DNA of 61,848 nt, counting the filler, from Sphacelaria rigidula (taxonomy: Eukaryota), in the NCBI GenBank assembly GCA_964200075.2. It is 9 parts of 9 records of this genome, joined end to end, with 100 filler letters (N's around TTAATTAATTAA, not from the genome) between each part and the next. Parts side by side here need not be neighbours in the genome. Positions count along the whole stretch, not along the records: positions 48,183 to 54,965 come from CAXNAA020018109.1; positions 55,066 to 61,848 come from CAXNAA020018110.1; 7 more parts are not named here. One strand, written 5' to 3'. Position numbers and translations under genes: made by a program. The notes under the pieces were generated by a model. The model was not told the DNA's origin, searched no databases, and saw only the letters and a program-made list of their open reading frames with translations. How positions within the stretch are numbered: position 1 is the first letter of the stretch; the number at the start of each line of letters is the position of its first letter. Below are positions 51,567 to 61,848 of the stretch, one piece after another.

Positions 51567-53008
51567 CAGTCGAGTTGGTCTACGTATTTTCAGTGTGAAA
51601 GCTTGTCATGATCTCTCTTGAACGTAAGTCCAACCTCCTTCCTCTATTCAGATATCAGTACCTTCATTACTCCTTCTTCTCAACGCCAATTATACTTCTT
51701 CTGACACATAACTTACCTCGATTTCGGTGCGCAGACAATATATTTTGAACGGAGGAGCGTGCGGTGCTTCAGTTCGATTCATTGCAAAGCTACAGTCACG
51801 GTGGGGCTCATGAAAAAAAGAAAAACAATCCGAGTTGCCATTATTGAGAATCTGTGGGAATAGTTTTAGAATGTTTTTGACATTTTTCTGATATTTGTTT
51901 TAGAACTCCTGAATAAAAGCCCGTTTACCGCCCCCCTTCGTGGTACAACCACGATGGAGACCGTAATCAACCCCCCGCGTCGCCAGCGGGGCGTTGAGGT
52001 GTCATTGGGCCGCTGCTATGCCTTAGCAATGGAGGTAGCGCTGGCCATTCCACCAGGCAAAGTACGGCTGCCCGAGGGCGTTGCAGTCTCCCTCGCCCAG
52101 CGCGAAGGTGTTGGCCCTGACTACCCCGTACAGCTATGGAAAAGCTGCAAAGCACGGATCGAAGGCAACCAGGAGCTTGACCTCTCAAAGAAACCTCATA
52201 GCTGGCGGCCGTCGCTGCTTACTCCAACGAAGAAGACGGCACTGGGGGCGGTAAACAAGCAGAGCCGGTCGTTTACGAACAGGTAACTGTCCGATCGGCT
52301 GAAAGGGATTGGCCTGAAATGCAGCTCCGAGACTTTGAGACGGTGGTTCTAGAAAGAAGGAGCCCAGAAGTTGGCTCGCCGCATCGAGTCCTCCCTTTCC
52401 GAGAGTCAGAAAAAGCGCCGGATAGATTTCATCCGCGACCAGGTGGACGAGACAACCGGTAATTTACTCGACCAAGGAAACGTCATCCACTCGGACGAGA
52501 GTTGTTTTTCCCTTCTGAGAACAAGAATATCCGAATCTTCCCGGGGGAGTCTATCGCCTGGGTTTCCCCGCATACAGCACAAGTTACATCCCAAAGATCA
52601 TGATAATTGTGGCGAAGGCTCGGCCGGACCCCAGCCACGATTTCGACGGCAAGATCGGCATCTGGCGCGACTTTTTGAAAAGGGGCGAAAAACGGCCTTT
52701 TTTGGGTCGACTGGAATTTTTTGCCGCTTGCCCATATAGGAGGCTACACAAGAAAAAAAAACCGTTCCAACTCGAAAAAGGACAAATATTAAAAAATACC
52801 ACCGCCACGACATCGGGCACTATTAAGGATCCGTGTGAACGTAGTCGAGCCAACTTATGTATCAGAGGAAGTATGACCCATGCGAGGGTCACTGGGAAGG
52901 AGTAATGAAGGTACTGGAATATGTGAATAGGACGAAGAAGTTCGGACTCACGTTCAAGAGATATCATGACAGGCTTTTGCACTGAAAATACCTGGACCAC
53001 CTCGGCTG
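51567..53008 (+). mobile_element. Internally deleted Tc1/mariner element (plant-mariner/DD39D-like transposase) with ~110-bp TIRs
   Basis: Imperfect TIRs 51567-51676 and 52896-53008 beginning CAGYCGAG; broken ORF 51954-52670 with IHSDE and MIIVAKARP...FDGKIGIW. Confidence 0.85.
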
Positions 53009-53656
53009 CTGAAAATGTGCGCCCGTCGCCTTGATCAGAATGGCAGTGACACGTGTGCTTCGGTCAGCGCACCAACATAATAACATGCCTACCGGCACCA
53101 ACATAATGACATATTATTATATTGATCAGAATGGCAGTGATACGATGTGATCGCCCCGGGGGCTCCGTCTATCCCCTAGACCGTTGACACAAACGATTTC
53201 TACTGTTGTGATCACGCCCACGTTTACGAGAACCTACTGCCTGATTGTAGGCAAAGGAAATTTGAAATCTGTCTCTTGCCTTCAGATCTAACGGACAGGA
53301 TGTGGTGGTCAAACTAGTGCAAGTTGATCATGTGTGTACCAAATCTCCGTCATCACCTTTTAACAGTGGATCCTGGAAAATGAGGTCGATCTCAAAAATG
53401 AGATTCCAAGTGGCATATCTTTTTGCAGGGATGACGAAACGGTTACACAGAGCGAAGCCACCTTACCCCCCAAAACTCTGCAGCAGTGAATCAGTTGTAG
53501 CCAGGTGCACCGAACGAATGCGGTGTACACGCGTGTCGATGACGATATCAACAGAGAGAGAAGCAACGACAGAGAGGAAGCTCCTCACCCGTGTCCTTTG
53601 TGTGTCCTCGCTCGGCGATTACTAATCGCTGGAGAGACTGGGATCATGGATGTTAC

Positions 53657-54719
53657 CAGCATGTACCCAATTTTTCATGTGCCGGTAGGCATGTTATGTT
53701 GGTGCGCACAGCCCCCCAAAGAACATTGAGCTGCGGAGAGGTTTCGTCTCTTCTTGTCTGTGGAGCTCACCAATACGAAGATCGATTTCTCTCTGCCTTT
53801 CTTTTTGGACAGGACGCGCCTCTGTGCGCTGAAAAACATATTGTTGAAGAACAGGGCAATGTTCCCGTCATCGCTACTACTGTTCTCTGTCACACACATA
53901 TGCCAGCAAGGACGGTGCGCTCCGGCAATAATAGCAGATCCAATTTGAACTTGGGGGGTGCTATTCATCGTTGATTTTACCCGACATGACATATGTGACC
54001 ATCTAGGTGCCCGACCACAAGAGCCTGCCACAGGCCCGTTGGGGTGTGTGTGTGAGAGATCAAACACTTGTGGAGACCTTCTTGACATGCGGAGTGAAAA
54101 AAGATACCTATGGTGGTGATCTAACTGTTGCTATCGTGGTGCAGAGGGGTGCGTCAATGCTGCAATCTGGAGCTTTCGTTGCTCTACTCTACTGACTCCC
54201 GTCTACAGAGAGGTCACCCACCGTAACAACATGTTATGTACCGAATTATGGAATAGCTATAGAAACACAACAGTGCGATTTTCTGAACTGCGTCCACATG
54301 ATTGAAATAACTCTTGTTACCTGAGGAACTGTGGTTTCCCCGTTCCCCCGCCAGGTATTATAGAACGACGACAAAGTTTTTGCAAGGGCATGTAACACCC
54401 ACGGGGGAACAGAGAGTTTATCCTGTATGAAAATCCCTTTTTTCCCACCTGCAAACCGTTTTATGCCCGTTGCTTTCTAATAAGAACGGTAAACTGTCGA
54501 TTTCTGACCGACTTTGTACTCATTGGCACATGTCAATGCCAGCAATGTTGGGTAGTGCTGTTCGTCAGTATCTTCGCAGGTCTGGCCGTACCCAAAGTGG
54601 CCACTTTCCCTCAGACAAGAAGAGACGAAATCTCTCCGCAGCTCAATGTTCTCTGGGGGGCTGTGCGCACCAACATGATAACATGCCTACCGGCACATGA
54701 GAAATTGGGTACATGCTGG
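53657..54719. mobile_element. Non-autonomous TIR element with ~105-bp inverted repeats; right arm cut by a Sola-like MITE
   Basis: 53657-53760 is the reverse complement of 54612-54719; partial third copy at 53067-53098. Confidence 0.7.
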
Positions 54720-54887
54720 GAGTCATCCTACGATAGAGGGGGGGGTATTTGGTTGCACGAGAAACGAGGCTCATAAGTGTGCCAGACATCCTTCCACACC
54801 TGCGTTGCGCTTGTATTTGGTTCCACACGGTGTCAAGCAGTATGGATGAGCGTTATTGATCCACAACAAGATTGTTCGAACAACCGT
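54720..54887. mobile_element. Sola-like MITE left part, itself interrupted at ~54888
   Basis: Starts GAGTCATCCTACGATAG; collinear with 42741-42928. Confidence 0.7.
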
Positions 54888-56925
54888 TAACAGCCGATCC
54901 TAATTTTTGGGGTCGAAACATAAAATGAGGTTGAAGTCCCATTCCTCCATTGCAGGGAAGATACGNNNNNNNNNNNNNNNNNNNNNNNNNNNNNNNNNNN
55001 NNNNNNNNNTTAATTAATTAANNNNNNNNNNNNNNNNNNNNNNNNNNNNNNNNNNNNNNNNNNNNCCGGCTTTGTAGGGATGCCAGGTCAATGGTCTTAT
55101 GACTATGGCATGCAAGATCATGAGTACCCCTCGCGCCCCCCCACTCTGCAAATACTTTGTGGTAGCTCTGCTCTTTGGAAAGAGCGTGGTTTCATGACAA
55201 TGGCTGATGAAAGGTGACGAGGTGCGGCAGTGCTGCTAATCATCCTATACTGACTGTACTCGGCAAAGTATTGTAAGGCAGGGCTGTACGGCGGGAACTA
55301 CGGGTTCGGTACCTTGAAACCACGTTCAGAAGCATCTCGAGAGGAAGCAACAATAATCAAGTTCCCCTCCCCTCCCCCTTCCCCCCCGGGCGTGCGCCCG
55401 ATCGAAGAGCCGTCTTGTGGATATTTGTACCGAGAATGGGGTTTTCTCGGAGGTAAACTCTCTTATCGGCCAATGGTGAGGATATTTCTCACCATTCTCA
55501 ACGTGTCTCTATCGCGTGTGTTTAGTTCGTGAGTTTGTGTCAACTCTGCTTGCCTACTCGTACCCGACCAGCCTTGCGACTTTATTTTGACGCACGAGGT
55601 TATGCGGATTTCGTTCAATGTGTCGACGCGGGACCCGGTGGTCACTGTAGACCCATGACGGAGTTGCCTCTTGGCAAAGCAGATGGGAAAAAGGACTTGG
55701 ATATCCACAAACACCTGCGGTAGTTTTCTTCCTGTATGACGGATTTACGTTTCTGTTGTGTCGTTGCCGTAATCCTTAACGTTATTGTTGATGTATTTGT
55801 AGATGCTGTTGCTGTTGTTCCTAGTGCTGCTGATTTAATCGTTGGTGTATTTATATTACTCAGGCGTTTTTATTTTCTATCACGATTGCTGGTGGTGCTG
55901 CTGGGTCCGTTTTTTTTCTGCCCTGTCAAAATAGACAGCATCGGGGCAGATGGTGCAAAGGAGGTGACTACAGGAGCCCTTGCAGGCGGTCTGATGCGTT
56001 GCGTCGGGCAGTCGCGTTCCGAACAGTACACTGTGTGAGTACGTGCCATATTCGGCAGCTCGGGTCATATTCGGGTCATATTCGGGTAATTTCTTGTTAC
56101 GTTCGCGTGTCCGCTGTGCTCGACTGCAGCAGGTAAATGTGACGTTGTACGAGTTGGAGTATGACTGTTTAGGCGTGTATTTGCGGATAGAAATGTCCTC
56201 AAGGTAGTGAGGAATAGGTGGTTTTCACTCGCTTGAAGGTTTTCGTGCGTTGAGAATTCGAGGGCACTGGTTCCTACTCTTGTTCCCTCGCGTAGTACAG
56301 TAGCTTATTTCGAGTGGACTTTACCTGCTGTTCACGGCAGTACTGTCTCATTGTCTGAATCCTTGTTCTTCGATGATTCCCGACCACGACCTGTTCCGTG
56401 TGCGTACTATGTTGGAAAGAAAATATGTATGTCAATGGGGGTGATTTTGAGCAAACCCCACAACCATCAACGAAAGGAATGAAAATGCTTGACTTGCGCA
56501 GTGGTACTTCAATTTGTTGTGTTAGCCCCCTTGATTGATTGACTGGTTTGATTGATTGATTGTCGCACTTTGACCGACCCCCCAGGGGTCATGATCCAGC
56601 CGTGGTCTCATGATGGACGTACCGGGCGCTCAACTCTGTAAGGTTGTTTGTTTGGTGGTTGGTTTCCCGTGTGGTTGTGCGTGGTCGGCGATGTAGTGAA
56701 GCTTTCCCTTGAAGTGTGGTGCGTTTGAAGAGATGGGGTTGTACTTGGGATACACCGGCGCCCCACCGGCGCCTCACGGTCGCGTGCAGAAGACGTTGGC
56801 ATGACGCGAAACGGGGTTTGTCCGTCGTTGGATTACACGGGGAAACTGAAGGCCCGATGCGGTGTGTCGACAGGAAGGGCCATATAGCTGATGGCTGGTT
56901 GAAGCCCATGAATCCAATGTCCAGA

Positions 56926-57181
56926 GAGCAATGGTACGGTAGGGGTGCACTTTTTGCTTGAAATCTTGTCTGGTGCAGGGACTCGTGAAAATTCTACATG
57001 CACAAGAATATAGGTTGGGGCATCCCCGTTTGCAAAGTCATTCGGGATATCCCGAGCACAGTGAAATAGTGATCCTGGCGTACTCTCACTTATTCCATAA
57101 GTCTTGTTTTGGATGAGGTAAAGGGCTCCTAAAAATTCGAACCTCAGAAAATATTTTTGCACCCCTACCGTAGCATTACTC
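56926..57181. mobile_element. Sola-like MITE (256 bp)
   Basis: GAGCAATGGTACGGTAGGGGTGCA / TGCACCCCTACCGTAGCATTACTC; flanks CAGA/CCGA (3 of 4 match). Confidence 0.8.
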
Positions 57182-57832
57182 CCGATGGCGCGGTTAAATG
57201 CCACCGGGCTGACTGCACTTATGTGGTGAGATGGAAATCGACCTAGAGGTTAACGTTGATCACATGTTAATGCACAAGATGCGGAAGAGCTGGCCTCATC
57301 GTTTACTGCAAAGGAAGGCATTTATATATCGTATAATAATTGTGGTTACCGCCAATCAAATTTTGTTTCGGCCAATCAGGAAACTGCGTGCCACTGTATC
57401 ATTTTGTTTGTTTCTCGGAATAGTGAGTGTAATCGTCGAGGCCGCTATATTATATGTGCGGAGTGATCACTTGTATGAAATACAAACCGGTGATGCAGCC
57501 AGTACAGGAGCAGGTCCAACCGTGGACTGCTCGAGAGGCCCGAAACTCTCAAGTCTATACAGCCGAATTTCCGGGACCCTGGGCAACAGTTCTCAACCGT
57601 ACAAGAGCTCCACATAAGAAGAGCAACCGGTGAGCCCTGGGGAATCAACTTCGACGACACAACAGCACAAGAGAACACAGGCAACTCTCATTCTATACGC
57701 GGTGCAGGTTGACTCCAAGAACCTCAGCCCTTGATTACGGCCAATCCTTGCCCAAGTAACAAGCAAGGAAATCGTCTAGGCTTCACGGTCGCTAGCGTTC
57801 ACCATAGGTAACACTAGTCTCACATAAACAAA

Positions 57833-58374
57833 AAATGGACGGGAAAAACATTGTACGGTACTTCATACTCGTATAACAGTATAATTTATCATGTTGCGAT
57901 AGCGAAGATGTATCGACGCTGTTGTCTTGCAGAGATTACGCAAGAAATTCAAGCAACCGTATAGCATGAAAAACGTGAACTCCCGATGGATGTGAGACCA
58001 CTGTATAACAAGGTGAAGGGGTGACAAATGAGCACTCACTCGCTGCATAAAGGAGGTCGGAAACGAGAAGTATGTGACATTATTATACGCACGGTTCGAG
58101 CGAACCACATGAACAACAAATGGACGGAAAAAACATTGTACGGTACATCATACTCGTATAGCAGTATAATTTATCATGTTGCGATAGCTAAGATGTATCG
58201 ATGTTGTTGTCTTGCAGAGATTACGCAAGAAATTCGAGCAACCTTTTAGCATGAAAACCGTGAACTCCTGGGGGATGTGAGACTACTGTATAACAAAGTG
58301 AAGGGGTGACAAATGAGCACTCACTCGCTGTATAAAGGAGGTCGGAAACGAGAAGTATGTGACATTATTATACG
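57833..58374. repeat. Tandem duplication, 285-bp period, two copies
   Basis: 57833-58089 is nearly identical to 58118-58374. Confidence 0.92.
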
Positions 58375-58681
58375 ATTCGAACGAATCAGAGTTCATACGG
58401 GTTGACTCATTATGAATGTCCGAGTGCGAATCATGTACCAATGAGTCATCCAGTACGAATCACGAATGGTGAAGTTGTATATTCAAGGTCATGCCGCACG
58501 AATCATGGGCTTGAAATATGTATACATGAGGTTGTGCAACACGGATTAGTATCGAAAAACACGTACGAATCATCGTCCATGTACGAAGCATTGGTGGAAA
58601 ACACATTCTCATGTTTCATCCCCCATGAACCAAAGGGCGGGCCACATGTACCCATGAGTCATCCTGCATGAAAACGAGGGG

Positions 58682-58788
58682 TGTACTCATGATCATGCAT
58701 GTCATAGTCATAAGACCATTGACCTCGCATCCCTACAAAGCCGGGACGGAGCACGCCGGGTTTTCGCCGGACCAGGCTCTCACTCAAT
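58682..58788 (-). mobile_element. Short retroposed LINE-3'-end copy (subfamily B) with 15-bp TSD
   Basis: TSD CATGAAAACGAGGGG at 58667-58681 and 58789-58803; homologs at 28048-28120, 36447-36516 and 55066-55126. Confidence 0.88.
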
Positions 58789-59935
58789 CATGAAAACGAG
58801 GGGGGAAACATGTGCCCGTGATTCATCCCGCATGAACGCAAGGGTGGGTGACATGTACATATGATTCATCCTGCATGAACAAGGGGATGCATGTGTACCC
58901 ATGATTCACGCCATATGAAGGAAAGGTGGGAAACATGTATCCATGATTCATGGATTCATGACGAAAAAGGGAATACGTACCCTTGATTCATGCTGGATGA
59001 CGGGAAGATGAGAAACATGTACACATGATTCATGTCGTATAAGGGAAGGGTGGAAATCACGTGTGCACGATTCATGAATCATTAATCATGTGCCCACGAT
59101 TCATGAATCATTAATCACGGGTGGAAAGCGGGAACAACTCGCCGTCCTCTGCGGGACCATACGATTTGTTGCATGTGTGAGGCAAGAAGTCAGTACACAA
59201 ATGATGGATGTTTCAAAAACACACCTCAAACCACACAATGGCCAGGTCTTCGCACCATCAAAGTGACGTGATTAACCTATTCTCAGTTCAAGTAGCTTGC
59301 CTTAGCTAGTCCCATGTCATTCCTCGCTAGTTCTTGCTGTTGCGCTAGCGAGGGCAGTTCTCCGATGAGCGGGTCTCGACGCAGCAGCCTCTCCTCGTTT
59401 GTGGCGGCCGTCCGATTCTCGTTTGTCTTCGCGTCGCCACGTACCCTCGAACTCTTCCGCCCTTTTCTCGTCTCCAAAATGCCATTTGTGTGGAGATCGC
59501 CATTTGGGCATGTGCGGAGAGATTTCCTTTTATGACGTGTAACCTAGGGAACGGCTGTTACAGGGGTAAGTTCGTAGGAGCCCCGGAACTTCCATATCTG
59601 TACAGCCGGATCTGGGACCCCAAGGTAACAGGGATCTTCCCAGCGAACTGCTGGCTATCCCTGGGGATCACTCTTGACCAAAACTCTCAGACTTCGTCAT
59701 CGGGCTAACTTGCTCGCGCTCGTCAAGCTTTCCCGAGTGATCCACTTTGCCTCAACCCCACGACTTATTACGGCCAATCCTTGACTACATAACCCGAGGG
59801 AAATCATCGGCCACCCTCGACGGTTTCTACCGTCACCGGGAGTCTCACGACTTCCACATTGGCGAACACCAGTTTCAGACAAGTGTGCGAGACCCTCGGA
59901 TTTTTTCTTTTCTACCCCGTTATACATCGTTCATC

Positions 59936-61776
59936 ATGGGGAGGAACAGCAACAAAAATAGCGGAAGCAGCAGCGGCGGGTCAACGGGCGCAGGCGCAGG
60001 CGCGTCCTCGTCGTCCTCTGCCCAGCCGGCATTTGCTCAAGTAGCACAGGCACCGGCCCCGGAAAATCAGTTGCACCGCCCGCGACCTCCTCGTCGTCCA
60101 CGCCAGCCGCGCCCTCGTCCTTGTCCAAGCCTGGGGTTTCTTCGTCCCCCTCGGAGAAAAAATCCGACAAAGGCAAAGAGAGGGCGCGCGACCCTCAGGG
60201 GAAAAAACGCGCCCAGGCCGGCAACGCTCCCAGCGACCGGGGCAACCACTTTTCTCTCCTCCGCGAGGAGGATGAAAGCAGCTCCGGCCTCGGCGACAAG
60301 GATCCCGAAAACGTGAGCAGGACCCCCTCATCGAGAGCCGTCACATTTTCCGAGCCGGTACCGGGACACATCAAAGAGGCAGCTCTCAAGGTAGCCTTGA
60401 AAACTATGGACCAACACTTCGACAAAGGGACGGACCCTCCTCAGTGGGCTTTGCGAGCGCTGGGGATGCTGGACTTCCCTCAAGATGTGCTCCAGCAAGT
60501 ACACCAGGTGAACAATGGGGCGGCAGTAAAACAGCCGAACTTAGAGGTAGAGGTAGTGAGGGGTAGTTCGGTACATCTACGTCGCAGTGATCATGCACCT
60601 AATGACACGACGCCGCCAACCTCTCGTAGTGTGCAGGCACCAACCACGCCCCCTCGACTGTCCCGGGCGACTAATAATGTAGTAGATCAAGTCACTGCAC
60701 CAAATCATTCGCCCGGCACAAACTCTCAAACCTCGCTGACTTCCGCCCAACTTCACCCGAGCAACGTAAGTTACGTATCCCCTACGAACCAACAAGTGAT
60801 CATTAGTCCTCAGGCATTACCTCACGTGCCTGGTGGTAATTTTTCACCCCAAGGGGCACCAAATTTGACCCCCTCGCATGAAAACCAAAATCGATCAAGT
60901 GCTATCGATAATATAGCACACACTCCTCGATTTACACTCACACAAAACGATCTCGGTTCTAACATGGTTTTGAGAGGACTACCAACTGAAGACATTCCAA
61001 CGATAATGCGACAGTACCGGTCCCGAGTTGAAATTAACTCGCAGGAGCAATGCACGCGAGAGAAAATCGATCGCCGATGCATCAAGCCTTTACAGCTGTT
61101 ACTGAGGGACACAGCTCTAGACGCGTACACGGATCTCGTAACCGGTACCTTAAAATGGCGGACAGAGGCGAATCTCGAAGCCCTTCGGGCACAAGGAGGT
61201 GAAGTATCTACCGGGATCCCCGCATCATGGGGCGAGTGGGTCGATGCTTGTACGAATTTATACTCTCCACCTAATCGCATTGCAATCCTCACCCGGGCTG
61301 TAGCGGAGCTCAAATTTAAGGACCACAACACTGTAGACTCCTACGCGCTAGAAGTATCCAAAGCACACTCTCGTTTTTACGCAGAAGCCGCACGAGTCAC
61401 GCCACATGGTAGGGACCCCGTTAGCTTCGCACGGGAAGCCAGTCAGACAGCTGCTTTTGAAGCAGGATTGCCGCCAAATATCAGGGTTGAAACCGTACGC
61501 GAAGATCCAACTCATAGCTTTCAGGTTACAAGAGCACGCGCCAAAAAACACGAAACCAACCATTTGCGCGGGACTCAGCCAGAAATTTCCAATCCCTCTC
61601 CGACCCACGTTTCATCTCTCGCCATGCACAACTCCTCTCAGCTCGCGGAAACAGACGCCGATCAAGGGCAGCAAATTGAAAAATTGTTCAGAGAGAAACG
61701 GTGGGCTGGCGGAGACCGCGGAAGGTCGAAAAAACGTTCTTCACACCCGGGGGACAAAACGGGCCCATCACCTTCT
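59936..61776 (+). mobile_element. Gag-like ORF of a retrotransposon (probably Ty3/gypsy), one frameshift near 60060
   Basis: No stop in the frame from 59962 to the window end; Ser/Pro-rich N-terminal half, then SWGEWVDACTNLY, TVDSYALE, AFEAGLPPNIR resembling the retrotransposon capsid pattern. Confidence 0.65.
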
Positions 61777-61848
61777 AACAGCCGATTTTATATTTTGGGG
61801 TTCATACAAAATATGGGGCTGAAGTGGCATATCTCTCTTGCACGGAAG

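Noticed and set aside
6785-55065. Regularly spaced TTAATTAATTAA palindromes as a biological array
   Set aside because: They are embedded in exact 44-N pads at a fixed spacing, so they are an assembly linker

Overview
This is not contiguous DNA. It is nine unrelated pieces of about 6,783 bp, joined by identical 100-bp linkers (N44-TTAATTAATTAA-N44), as expected of a size-sorted pseudo-scaffold of unplaced contigs. The source is an intron-rich, repeat-rich eukaryote, probably a brown alga or other stramenopile (inferred from GC-rich short exons, long introns and the repeat content). Partial host genes: cytosolic-type lysyl-tRNA synthetase (5 exons), a PH-domain protein (first exon), a TMTC-like O-mannosyltransferase (5 exons), an Ulp1/SENP SUMO protease (3 exons), and a few orphan candidate exons. 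The rest is largely transposon-derived: two decayed copies of an RT+CCHC LINE, a Copia remnant, a gag-like ORF missed by the ORF track, a mariner with long TIRs, hAT- and MULE-like non-autonomous elements, Sola-like MITEs (GAG..CTC ends, 4-bp TSD), tRNA-headed SINE candidates and a foldback. The most unusual signal is the LINE 3' end, found 11 times in two subfamilies. It has no poly(A) tail and ends in GAGTAC (or a variant) fused to a C-run. One copy has a perfect 15-bp TSD. The end can fold into a conserved multibranch RNA, and several short copies begin at the base of that fold.
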